A stretch of DNA of 58,824 nt from assembly GCA_043803405.1 (NCBI GenBank), contig JAZDKB010000001.1:1-58824 (forward strand). The letters run 5' to 3'. This document shows positions 27,604 to 37,142 of this stretch, piece after piece. The stretch's first letter is position 1. Each line of letters begins with the position of its first letter. The stretch comes from Spirochaetota bacterium (lineage in GTDB: Bacteria > Spirochaetota > UBA4802 > JAFGDQ01). The translations under genes were made by a program, and so were the position numbers. The notes below the pieces were generated by a model. That model did not search any database. It was not told the origin of the DNA and saw nothing but the letters and a program-made list of their open reading frames with translations.

Positions 27604-29130
27604 TTGATGTTTCGGGAGTTTAAATTGCAGGAAGAACACGAACAGCCATATACCCTAAAACCGGCTGATTATAAAAAATCGATAAAAAATAATCAGCGGT
27701 TTTATTTACAATTCAATTTCTTTGCACCGGAAGTTGAAGAAATTTTCATGAAAATAATACACAAATTCCTCGGCAAACACGACATACTTTATTTAAAAGA
27801 AATGCTGATTACCGTAATACGCGAGGTAATCACGAACGCAGTCAAGGCGAACACAAAGAGATTATATTTCAAAATGATGAACCTTGATATCAAAAAGAAA
27901 GAAGAATACCGGCAAGGAATGGAGACTTTTAAAAAGGACGTATATACAGGCGGAAACGATATTTTTGCCAGGTTAAAAGAGGTTAACCTGCTTGTAAGGA
28001 TTATTTTTGACAGCTACCCTGACAAGCTAAAAGTCAGCATTATCAACAATACTCCGATCCTGGAGGAAGAGCAGAGAAAAATAGAATCAAGAATAAAAAA
28101 AGCCTATTCTTATAATGATATATCCGAAGCCTTTGAAGACGTAATGGACGATTCCGAAGGCGCAGGACTTGGCCTTATTATGGCATTAATGCTTTTTAAA
28201 AGCGCCGGTTTTCCATATGATACTTACAGCCTCAAATGCGAAAATAATCTCACAATTACGTCAATTATTATTCCTCTTAGCATTAATAGGGAAGAGCATA
28301 ATATTAAAATTGTCGATGAACTTACTAAAGAGCTGGAAAAAATTCCGTCTTTCCCTGAGAATATAGCCGAGATCCAGCGTCTGTGCGCAGATCCGGACTC
28401 AACCGTTAAACAAATCTCCGAAAGTATAACAAGAGATCCGGGATTAACAACCTCGCTTCTTAAACTGGCCAATTCAGCCGGTTACATAACATTACAAAGC
28501 ACAAAAACTATTGAAGACGCAGTAAAACTAATAGGCATTAAAACTATAAATACGCTTCTGGTCGCAACCGGCGTACAAAGAATATTGAATTCCAGATATA
28601 AAAAATTCGAAAACCTGTGGCGCGATTCATACAGGGCTGCATTTTATGCACACAAAATTACCATTCAGACAAAACAGACAAGAGCGAGCGAATTTGTTTA
28701 CCTTGCGGCGTTGCTTGCGGACATCGGCCAAATAATTCTACTGTCGATTAAACCCGAACTTACAAAAAAAATCCATGAAATTGCCGGAACGAAAATAATT
28801 GAGAACGCCAGCCTCCTGGAAGAGATGAGCCTTGGAGTAAGCCATACAACACTCGGCAGCCTTATTTGCGAAAAATGGCAATTCAATGAAGCTCTTGTTA
28901 TGATAATAAAATATCATCACAGGCCTCATATCGCGCCTTTAAAGTACAAACCTATGATCTATCTGGTATATCTGGCGTACGCTCTTGTAGATATTGAGAA
29001 CAAGAGACTTCGATTTGAAATACTCGACGAAGATGTCCTGGAATATTTTAATTTGACAAATAAGGAAAGATTCGAGACATTGCACAGAACTTTAAAAAAT
29101 ACGTATGAAAGTCAATACGGACTGATGTAA
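27604..29130 (+). CDS. HDOD-domain signalling protein with N-terminal HATPase-like domain
   Basis: E.ITNAVKAN and EGAGLGL boxes. HDOD motifs IPSFP, DPGLT..LLKLANS, A...IG, LLADIG, HTTLG..I.EKW.F...I.YHH. Start may be TTG 27625. Confidence 0.85.
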   Translation: MMFREFKLQEEHEQPYTLKPADYKKSIKNNQRFYLQFNFFAPEVEEIFMKIIHKFLGKHDILYLKEMLITVIREVITNAVKANTKRLYFKMMNLDIKKKEEYRQGMETFKKDVYTGGNDIFARLKEVNLLVRIIFDSYPDKLKVSIINNTPILEEEQRKIESRIKKAYSYNDISEAFEDVMDDSEGAGLGLIMALMLFKSAGFPYDTYSLKCENNLTITSIIIPLSINREEHNIKIVDELTKELEKIPSFPENIAEIQRLCADPDSTVKQISESITRDPGLTTSLLKLANSAGYITLQSTKTIEDAVKLIGIKTINTLLVATGVQRILNSRYKKFENLWRDSYRAAFYAHKITIQTKQTRASEFVYLAALLADIGQIILLSIKPELTKKIHEIAGTKIIENASLLEEMSLGVSHTTLGSLICEKWQFNEALVMIIKYHHRPHIAPLKYKPMIYLVYLAYALVDIENKRLRFEILDEDVLEYFNLTNKERFETLHRTLKNTYESQYGLM

Positions 29131-29236
29131 ATTATTTGCCGGATCAGATTAAAATATCTTTTGCTGATTAATTTAAAGAATTCTTTGAATCCGGTTTATT
29201 TGCTTCGGAACTATATATATTAGCGGATCATCCAAA

Positions 29237-30133
29237 ATGTACTTTCAGGAAATCATCGCAAAATTAAACGAATACTGGGCATCCAAGGGATGCGTTATTA
29301 TACAAGGATACGACCTTGAAGTCGGCGCCGGTACATTTAATCCATCAACATTTCTGCGAGTCCTTGGACCTGAGCCGTGGAATGCCGGATACGTTGAACC
29401 CTCAAGACGCCCCACTGACGGCAGGTACGGAGACAATCCGAACAGGCTTCAGCATTATTATCAATACCAGGTAATAATGAAGCCTTCCCCGCTGAATGTA
29501 CAGGATCAGTACCTTGATTCGCTGCGATTCCTGGGAATTAAGCTAGAAGAGCATGACGTCCGCTTTGTGGAAGACGACTGGGAATCTCCGACTCTCGGAG
29601 CATCTGGCCTGGGTTGGGAAGTCTGGCTGGACGGGATGGAAATCACCCAATTCACTTATTTCCAGCAGTGCGGAGGCATTGAATTGAATCCGATAGCCGT
29701 CGAATTAACATACGGCCTTGAACGCATATGCATGTATATACAGGGCAAAGAGACTGTTTTTAATATTGACTGGAATGATAAAATAACATATCGTGACATC
29801 TATCACAGAAATGAATTTGAATTTTCGCATTATAATTTTAACATAGCGAACACGGAGCTTTATTTTAATTTATTTAATATGTACGAAAAAGAATGCGTTT
29901 CGATTCTTGATACTGAAGAACCTAAACTCGTTCTTCCTGCTTATGATTTTGTTTTAAAATGCTCCCATGCATTTAACATGCTGGACGCCCGCGGAGCTAT
30001 CTCGGTCACTGAAAGAGTGGGCTATATTACCAGGGTAAGAAACCTGGCAAAAAAATGCGCCGAAAGATATGTTGAGATCAGGGAAGAACTGGGTTTCCCG
30101 CTTTTAAAAAATCCAATCCGTAAGGCTGAATAA
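29237..30133 (+). CDS. glyQ: Glycine--tRNA ligase alpha subunit
   Basis: [62 protein letters not shown]. Confidence 0.97.
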   Translation: MYFQEIIAKLNEYWASKGCVIIQGYDLEVGAGTFNPSTFLRVLGPEPWNAGYVEPSRRPTDGRYGDNPNRLQHYYQYQVIMKPSPLNVQDQYLDSLRFLGIKLEEHDVRFVEDDWESPTLGASGLGWEVWLDGMEITQFTYFQQCGGIELNPIAVELTYGLERICMYIQGKETVFNIDWNDKITYRDIYHRNEFEFSHYNFNIANTELYFNLFNMYEKECVSILDTEEPKLVLPAYDFVLKCSHAFNMLDARGAISVTERVGYITRVRNLAKKCAERYVEIREELGFPLLKNPIRKAE

Positions 30134-30137
30134 ATTT

Positions 30138-31124
30138 ATGTTCCAGGGATTTAAAAAATTAGAAGGCTTCCTGTCGAAATATGATAAATTTATTATTTCA
30201 ACCCATGAGAGTCCTGACGGGGACGGACTTGGTGCAGAAATAGCATTTAAGGAGCTTCTGGCCAGCTTTAATAAAACCGCAATTATTTTAAATTCCGATC
30301 CTATTCCCGATAAATTTCTTTTTATTGACCCCGACAAGGAGATAAACATTTTAAGCAAGGAATTTAATCTGCCCGACCTTGCTGATTATGCCGTGTTTGT
30401 TCTCGATACCAACGATTTTGACAATATCGGGGTCGCTTATAATTTTTTTAAAGATAAGGTAAAAGATGTATTTATAATTGATCATCACGAAGGCGGCGAA
30501 GATAAATTTGAAGATAATTTCATAAAAGCTGAAGCTTCATCCGCAAGCGAAATTATATATGATATATTAAAATACTACAACAGAAAACCCAGTTTTAAGG
30601 CTGCCCAGGCATTATATGCGGGTATTTTATTCGATACAGGATCATTCCGATATCCGAAAACATCTCCTGAAACTTTCAAAATAATCGCCAGCCTCGTGGA
30701 ATCGGGCGCAAATCCATTCAATATTTACGAAAAAATTTATGAGAGCAATTCACTCGACAGCTTTGAGCTTAGAGCAAGAATGCTCGCCTCAATGGAAATT
30801 CATTTTAATAAAAAACTGATCCTGATGAAACTAACGCCCGAGATGCTTAAAGAAACCGGCGCTCCATTTACCGAAGGCGAGCTCAATATCAATCTTCCTC
30901 TTACTGTTGACGGCGTTATCGCAAGCGTGCTTGTAAAACAGAACATCGAAGGCCAGATCAAAGTGAGTATGAGAACCAAGGGAGATTACGATGTTGCCTC
31001 AATCGCAATGGCGAAGGGAGGCGGCGGGCATAAAAACGCTGCCGGGTATAAATCAAAAATCTCATTTGATGAAACATGCAAAGAAGTAATCCGCGAGATG
31101 TCTAAATTCTTTCCTGAAAAATGA
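30138..31124 (+). CDS. nrnA: Bifunctional oligoribonuclease/pAp phosphatase NrnA (DHH/DHHA1)
   Basis: H.SPDGDGLG, IIDHH, DTGSF, GGGGHKNAAG. Confidence 0.9.
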   Translation: MFQGFKKLEGFLSKYDKFIISTHESPDGDGLGAEIAFKELLASFNKTAIILNSDPIPDKFLFIDPDKEINILSKEFNLPDLADYAVFVLDTNDFDNIGVAYNFFKDKVKDVFIIDHHEGGEDKFEDNFIKAEASSASEIIYDILKYYNRKPSFKAAQALYAGILFDTGSFRYPKTSPETFKIIASLVESGANPFNIYEKIYESNSLDSFELRARMLASMEIHFNKKLILMKLTPEMLKETGAPFTEGELNINLPLTVDGVIASVLVKQNIEGQIKVSMRTKGDYDVASIAMAKGGGGHKNAAGYKSKISFDETCKEVIREMSKFFPEK

Positions 31125-31164
31125 AAACGCAGTCGAACCAGTTCGTCCATACTGAGTATCTTAT

Positions 31165-32112
31165 TTATATCAACTCCAATAGATTTTTTATCTCATTTAA
31201 ATCGACTTGATCCAGTCTTTTTTTAAGAAGCTCAATGCCATCTCTTTTCTTAATTTTAAAAGTCAATACGATATCATCTCTTTCTAAGTAAAAAGGAAAA
31301 TCAATTTCAAATCCTGTTTTCCTGAAATTTCCGATTATCTCATCTGCCTTGTTTTTAATATTCGCGTATTCGGGGTATCGCAACTCAAAAATCCGGCGAT
31401 AAAGAGCTTCATCTTTCCTGACATTATTATTATCAAGTAATAACGGATCAAACCCTGTTAATTTCTCCAGGCATTTGTCCCTTCTATAAATATCTATAAT
31501 AAGATCAACAATTTCCTTAAAAATATTTAAACGCATGCCTGTCTCTTTTACCCATTCAGAAAGAAACAAAAAAGCTTCAGTGGGCAATCTTAAAATATTT
31601 TTGAGTGTTTTAAAACCTGCTTCTTTTATATCAATATAATTTAATAAAGACTCAGGAAGATTAAAAACTTTCCCGGATAAACTATTATCAAAAAAATCTT
31701 CGGATATAAACAAAGCTTTAGCCGTAGCCAATATATCATTTTCATCTGCCATGAATTTAGTTTTCAGCAATTGAATAAATTTAATTTTGCCTATAGGTCC
31801 GATTTCCCCGCTGAAATTTTTTAATACCGCATAGCGGATGAATTTCCCGGCATCCAAACCTGATATTATATGAGAAGCGACTGTCGATTCGTTAAGTTCT
31901 TTTAATATGTTAAGCCTGTTATGCCCACAAATTACCTGATACTTATAATTGGTTTTTATTAAAACAGGAGGCGTTATTAAGCCGAATGACTGAATTGAAA
32001 TTTTAAGCTTATCATCTTTTAAAGGCTTGCTGATTTTGTAAGTGGAATCCGCAAGATCGATTGAATCAATGCGGATATATTCGATCTTAGGATCAGGACA
32101 AAACGAGGTCAT
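31165..32112 (-). CDS. ParB/Srx N-terminal domain protein
   Basis: LKISIQSFGLITPPVL...YQVICGHNRL. Start overlaps the upstream stop (TAATG). Confidence 0.7.
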   Translation of the reverse strand: MTSFCPDPKIEYIRIDSIDLADSTYKISKPLKDDKLKISIQSFGLITPPVLIKTNYKYQVICGHNRLNILKELNESTVASHIISGLDAGKFIRYAVLKNFSGEIGPIGKIKFIQLLKTKFMADENDILATAKALFISEDFFDNSLSGKVFNLPESLLNYIDIKEAGFKTLKNILRLPTEAFLFLSEWVKETGMRLNIFKEIVDLIIDIYRRDKCLEKLTGFDPLLLDNNNVRKDEALYRRIFELRYPEYANIKNKADEIIGNFRKTGFEIDFPFYLERDDIVLTFKIKKRDGIELLKKRLDQVDLNEIKNLLELI

Positions 32113-33677
32113 TAGTTCAATCCTTTTAACAACTCATTAAGCTCCGAAGGATAAATAATATTGACTTTGCTGAGTTTTGCCAGGCTGTTTTGCGCCGCAT
32201 CAGTCAGCTCGGCGCTCGTAACTAATATTCCTTTTTGAGCCCTGATGTCATTGATTGCCTGGGCAAAATTTCTAAGCGTTATTTCGCCGATCTTGCTGCC
32301 TTTCCAGCGCCTTACCCAGATCAGGACTCTTTCTTTGTTGTCTTTGTTTTCGGACTGTGTAAGAATATCGACACCATCCGATTCCCTGTAAGTGTGTAAA
32401 ATTTCATCAACCTTGTACCCCAGTTTAAGAACCAGCCTGTTCGAAAGCATCCTGAACGATTCATTGCTCATATCGCAAAAATTAGTTAACCTGTCTTCGG
32501 ATAGTATTTCGTCAGCAGCTTCCCTGCCGATATCTTTTCCTTTTGCGATCTTTGCAGAAACAGCAATATTTTTTATATCGATTATTTTATTGCTTTTTAA
32601 TCCGCAAATATTCCACAGGAAATCTGGAGAAAAAGCGCTTGCGATCCAGTCTTCAACATAATCAAAAATTGAGCTTTCAAATCCGTCGCCGGAAGTGCTC
32701 TTATTCAGGTCTTTCTTTAATAAATTAAGAATTTCTTTTATATCTTCATAATCGTTATCCAGTTGGTATAGTTCTTCCCAGAACTTATTTGCCTGATCAA
32801 GCGCGTTATTCTTAACGCATGCAAAACCCAAATCATACAAAGTCAGCTTGATCTCATTTGGCATATTTTTTTCTTTTAAAAATGCCAGCAAATCAATCAG
32901 TAAATTCAAGCCCTCGTTGTTCCTGTTCGCTTCAAAATGTAAAAAGGATAAAAGTCTCTTAGCCAGATAATTTACCGCATCTTCGGTTATTCTTTCGTCG
33001 AGCTTGTTCAGGTACGAAATTGCTTCGGCATATTTACCGGTCCTCCGCAAAGTAAAGGATATTGCAAGCGCTGCAATATCCGAGTTAGGCTTCATTGATA
33101 ACGCTTCCTTGAAATAGTTAAGCGCTTCCGTATTTTTATTATTCTGATAACAGCAAATTCCGGCGCCGAAAAAAGATTCAAAATCATCGCGCAGTTTTAC
33201 TAATTTTTCAAAGTATTTCTGAGCAATTTCGAACTCTTCCTGCCCCAAAGCTATAAATGATATATGATAGTACGCTTCAGGATCTTCAGGATTAATCTTT
33301 AAAATATTAAAATATATCTGAAAAGCTTTCTCAACATCATCAATCAAATAATACGTCTGAGCAAGATTTCTGAGCACTTTTGGCTTTTGAACCTCAAGAT
33401 TGAACTTATCAATTCTTAAAATTTCATTTAAATGAAATATCGCTTCGTTGTAATTCTCCAGTTTTAAATATAACTCAGAAATGATATAATGAACATTGAT
33501 ATCGTCAGGTTTGTCGTACAGAATTTTTTTATATTCTGTTATTGCTTCAGGAATTTTATTCTGTTTTGTTAATTCCCTAGCCTTGTTAAACGGATCATGC
33601 TTAGGCTTAATAAATGAGAAATAAAAAATTAATCCCGAAACCAGTATAATAATTATTATTAAATAAAAAAGCAGCAT
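32112..33677 (-). CDS. Membrane-anchored TPR protein with C-terminal Mrr-like restriction-endonuclease-fold domain
   Basis: N-terminal TM helix and many TPRs. C-terminal F..L...L..KLGY...DGVDI...VLIWVRRW...IGE..LRNF...KGILVTS..LT. Confidence 0.75.
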   Translation of the reverse strand: MLLFYLIIIIILVSGLIFYFSFIKPKHDPFNKARELTKQNKIPEAITEYKKILYDKPDDINVHYIISELYLKLENYNEAIFHLNEILRIDKFNLEVQKPKVLRNLAQTYYLIDDVEKAFQIYFNILKINPEDPEAYYHISFIALGQEEFEIAQKYFEKLVKLRDDFESFFGAGICCYQNNKNTEALNYFKEALSMKPNSDIAALAISFTLRRTGKYAEAISYLNKLDERITEDAVNYLAKRLLSFLHFEANRNNEGLNLLIDLLAFLKEKNMPNEIKLTLYDLGFACVKNNALDQANKFWEELYQLDNDYEDIKEILNLLKKDLNKSTSGDGFESSIFDYVEDWIASAFSPDFLWNICGLKSNKIIDIKNIAVSAKIAKGKDIGREAADEILSEDRLTNFCDMSNESFRMLSNRLVLKLGYKVDEILHTYRESDGVDILTQSENKDNKERVLIWVRRWKGSKIGEITLRNFAQAINDIRAQKGILVTSAELTDAAQNSLAKLSKVNIIYPSELNELLKGLN

Positions 33678-33898
33678 CTCTCTTTTTAATTAGTCCTGAA
33701 ATATATGTTAAGAGTAAGTTCAAAAACCCATTGTAAGATTGCAACACGTGATAATAATATCTATTTTCAGGTTTTGGAACGCACCTTAAGTTATCCTTTT
33801 CAAAATACCAGGAAATATAATATATGAATCGACATAATTAATAAATAAAAATATTAGAAAATAAAATGGGGATTATATTGCGGATTATAACAAAAAAA

Positions 33899-36172
33899 TT
33901 ATTCTTTTATAAATCTGATAATTGATGGCCAGCCGTGAATTAAAAACGAATTCCCGATTTCCTTTTTTAATATAAAATCATCTTCCTGCTTAACCTTTGT
34001 CGGGAACGGTAAATTGATCCTCATTTGAGGCGGGAGAAATTTCGGCAAATCGTTAAAATAAAATTGCACCTCATTTTTTATTGTGATTACCTTAAAATTA
34101 ATATTTCCAAAAAGCGAGGGGGCATTTTGTATCTCTATTTCCGAACCCTCGGAAAACCATTCGCTTTTAGGCAAAGGAAAAATCTCCAGCAGTTCATGCG
34201 AATCCATAAAAATAACCGACCTCAGCAAAATAAAAAAGGCGGAGATTACTTTTAACGAATCTCCGTCTCCCCTGATTCCGCAGCCGGTTTTCGGATTAAT
34301 ATAATCCTGCAAAACGTATTTTTCCCCGCCGAACTCAATAATCTTAGCGATAATGTTGTGAACTCTGGGATCTTTTACGCGTAATAAATTAATGGCAAAA
34401 ATAATCGAAAACAACATATCAGAGCCGCCAATGGATTTAAAATACAGAGGATTCTCAGGGAAGAAACCGGAAATTTTATCCGTAATCTTTTTTAAGTTCT
34501 CATCAGTCAGCGATTTTATCTGAAAAGGATAGCCTGCAAAAACGTTATAAACAAAATTCTCGTTCCTGTAATTAAAAATATTCCCCTTTGTTTTATTGCG
34601 AATGTTTTCATCATGGCTCTCTTGTTCGTCATTACTGCTGTCATTTGCATGGGGTTTCTGTACTAATTCATTTAAGATTATTTTCTCAAGCCTGTGGGAT
34701 TCTTTTTCAAATTTCAGCTCATCATTAAAGATACCGAGACATCTGGCTAAATATGAAATTTGAAAAAGAGTGAATGAAATTAAAATCGTATCATGAATAT
34801 GGTTTTCCATGACGGCATAATTCTCAATCGAATTTTCATATTGTGCCGGATTATTATCTTTAATGTTGCCGGAATGTTGAATTATCTGCCCGGAAATTTC
34901 CCTGATGAATTTGTATTTCCCTTTGACATAATCTAAATCTCTTGACAGCTTAAAATAATCTGTAACTGCGCATATAAAATAACATTTTTCCAGAATACTG
35001 CGGATATCTGGTTTGCTTTTACCGATTTTAGAAGCAGCTTCATTTAAAATCCGTATAGACTCATTGAAAAATCCCATCCTGTTATAACCGGATGTAATAT
35101 AGAATAAAAATCTTAAATCAGCATTATATGTGGAAATCGCATTTATAATATTGTCGTCTAAAAATTTAAGGGCAGATATTTTTGAACCATTAAGCCAGTT
35201 CTCAACGGATTTTTCAGGAAATCTCGCTTTAAATCCTGTGTTGATTAAAATGCTTGTGTGATCAATATATTCGCTTTTGATTTTCGAATAATTTAACTTG
35301 CGGTTATTAAATGCTTTTTTACCGCCGGTATTTATCCGTATTGTAAATTCGTTAGTTCCTCTTGTGAGATTATAGCCAAGTCCCAGTGTTGCCATCCCGT
35401 AATCGCATTTTATGCTGCCGGTTTTTTTATTTAAGTCATTGAAATCAATATCGCCAAATGATGCATTGCCTCCCAAAAAATAATCAGGTTTGGTTTCAAA
35501 ATAAATTCTATCGACATTATTTATCCCGGTTAATTTTGATTTACTGTTATATTCAATCTTGTTAATTCCGCCTATTGACAATATATTATATGGCCGCATA
35601 ACGACAAACATACAGTGATGAGTATTGCTTTTATGCACGATAGCATTAAGGTGCAGAACAAGTTCATCCGCTTCGTCTTTAATTCCATAGATACTTTCAT
35701 GGAATTCGAAATTAGCTTCTTTCCATATAGTACTAATTAAAGAAGTATTCAAATCCAGCTTTTGTTTAACCGAAGAAATCCGCTCCTGTGGCCTGTAGCA
35801 AATATTTTTTTCCAATATCCAGAATTCTATTGACCAGATATCACTTATCAGGGAAATCATGCCTGCAGGATCAATAAATATTCTATTTGACGAACGTCGG
35901 TTTGAAAATGACATCCAGTCGCGGTTGCTGTTATTCAGCAAAAGATACGGCGTAATGGGATTGAATGTTTTTGATTTTATTGAGAAGGAATTAAACAGCC
36001 AGTACGGCCATTTAAAACAAAAATAATTCTGGAAGAGGAAATAATTCTTTATGCCCAGAGGATAATCCTTAATAAATATTGATAATTTTTCCTTATCAAT
36101 ATTCCCAATATTTAATTCCTTAAAGCAGGAAAACGAATTCTTATCTACATCATTTCTGTATTTATTTCTCAA
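33899..36172 (-). CDS. Hypothetical protein, possible glycoside hydrolase/phosphorylase-like (alpha/alpha toroid + beta sandwich)
   Basis: 757 aa ORF with TTG start. NR.W, IDP.G.I...WSIE.W, INPKTGCG..GDG, LE.FP.P..W...G..I....APS.FG.I are reminiscent of six-hairpin glycosidases. Confidence 0.45.
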   Translation of the reverse strand: MRNKYRNDVDKNSFSCFKELNIGNIDKEKLSIFIKDYPLGIKNYFLFQNYFCFKWPYWLFNSFSIKSKTFNPITPYLLLNNSNRDWMSFSNRRSSNRIFIDPAGMISLISDIWSIEFWILEKNICYRPQERISSVKQKLDLNTSLISTIWKEANFEFHESIYGIKDEADELVLHLNAIVHKSNTHHCMFVVMRPYNILSIGGINKIEYNSKSKLTGINNVDRIYFETKPDYFLGGNASFGDIDFNDLNKKTGSIKCDYGMATLGLGYNLTRGTNEFTIRINTGGKKAFNNRKLNYSKIKSEYIDHTSILINTGFKARFPEKSVENWLNGSKISALKFLDDNIINAISTYNADLRFLFYITSGYNRMGFFNESIRILNEAASKIGKSKPDIRSILEKCYFICAVTDYFKLSRDLDYVKGKYKFIREISGQIIQHSGNIKDNNPAQYENSIENYAVMENHIHDTILISFTLFQISYLARCLGIFNDELKFEKESHRLEKIILNELVQKPHANDSSNDEQESHDENIRNKTKGNIFNYRNENFVYNVFAGYPFQIKSLTDENLKKITDKISGFFPENPLYFKSIGGSDMLFSIIFAINLLRVKDPRVHNIIAKIIEFGGEKYVLQDYINPKTGCGIRGDGDSLKVISAFFILLRSVIFMDSHELLEIFPLPKSEWFSEGSEIEIQNAPSLFGNINFKVITIKNEVQFYFNDLPKFLPPQMRINLPFPTKVKQEDDFILKKEIGNSFLIHGWPSIIRFIKE

Positions 36173-36228
36173 GGTTTATCCAACCCATCAAATAATAGAA
36201 AATATATTTTCAGTTATTATGCTTAAAA

Positions 36229-36564
36229 TTAAAAAGCTCTGATCGCTTCATCTTCCGTATTATATACTTCAAACATATCCAGCAATTCAACAATTTCAAA
36301 AATTTTTTTAACCGGTTCGCTTAAGCTGCACAACTTAAGCTTTCTGCCGGTCTCTTTTAAAATTCTCATTGTAGAAACGAAAATCCTGATGCCGGAACTG
36401 CTCATATACTTAACATCAGCCAGATTTAAAAGCAAATGAAAATCTTTTTCCGTTTGAATTAGCTGGTATATTTCCTTCTCAATTTGTATTGAATACTGAA
36501 CATCCAATCTGCCGGTGAGCGGCAATATTATTATATTGTTTATTTTTTTTATTTGCAGCTGCAT
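36229..36564 (-). CDS. STAS anti-sigma-factor antagonist
   Basis: L.GRLD, LNL.DV.YMSSSG, VKKIFEIV.L. Confidence 0.9.
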   Translation of the reverse strand: MQLQIKKINNIIILPLTGRLDVQYSIQIEKEIYQLIQTEKDFHLLLNLADVKYMSSSGIRIFVSTMRILKETGRKLKLCSLSEPVKKIFEIVELLDMFEVYNTEDEAIRAF

Positions 36565-36687
36565 AAATAATCCAAAACTTATTATGTACTAAAATTAGAA
36601 TAATATGAATGATTTGTTAAAAAAAAGCTCCCACGGTCTGGATCTCTGGATGCAACAGGCGGATTTTTTTATTCTTTATCAAATAAT

Positions 36688-37134
36688 TTATTCTATCCCC
36701 GCCTTTGCTTCTTTTAATGTAATTATAAGTCCCCATAATGTTACCAAAAAAATGGCAACAAAACCAATTCCAAAACATGTTAATATCCAGTGATCAAATG
36801 TATAACCATTATACAATAGTATTACTGAAGAAAATAAGGGGAACACTATTCCGGTAAAATATACCAATCCTCTGTATTTTAACGGATCATAAAGAGGCAG
36901 GATCATTGCCATTCCTGCAGTAAAAAGCATAGCGGAAAAACTTCTCGCCAGTATATAAAGCGGCGCAACGAATGTATCATACTCAATTGATTTAAACCAG
37001 TCATCAGGTACTTCAATTGAAAAAATCTGGAAAAATTTAACCGGAGAATAAAAGAAAAATGCTCCAAGTAAAAGATAAATTATTCCTGTTATAATAATAA
37101 TAACCTGCAAAATATTTGTTAATTTAGTTCTCAT
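36688..37134 (-). CDS. Hypothetical 4-TM membrane protein
   Basis: Four hydrophobic segments, co-oriented in an operon. Confidence 0.7.
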   Translation of the reverse strand: MRTKLTNILQVIIIITGIIYLLLGAFFFYSPVKFFQIFSIEVPDDWFKSIEYDTFVAPLYILARSFSAMLFTAGMAMILPLYDPLKYRGLVYFTGIVFPLFSSVILLYNGYTFDHWILTCFGIGFVAIFLVTLWGLIITLKEAKAGIE

Positions 37135-37142
37135 GCAGGTTA

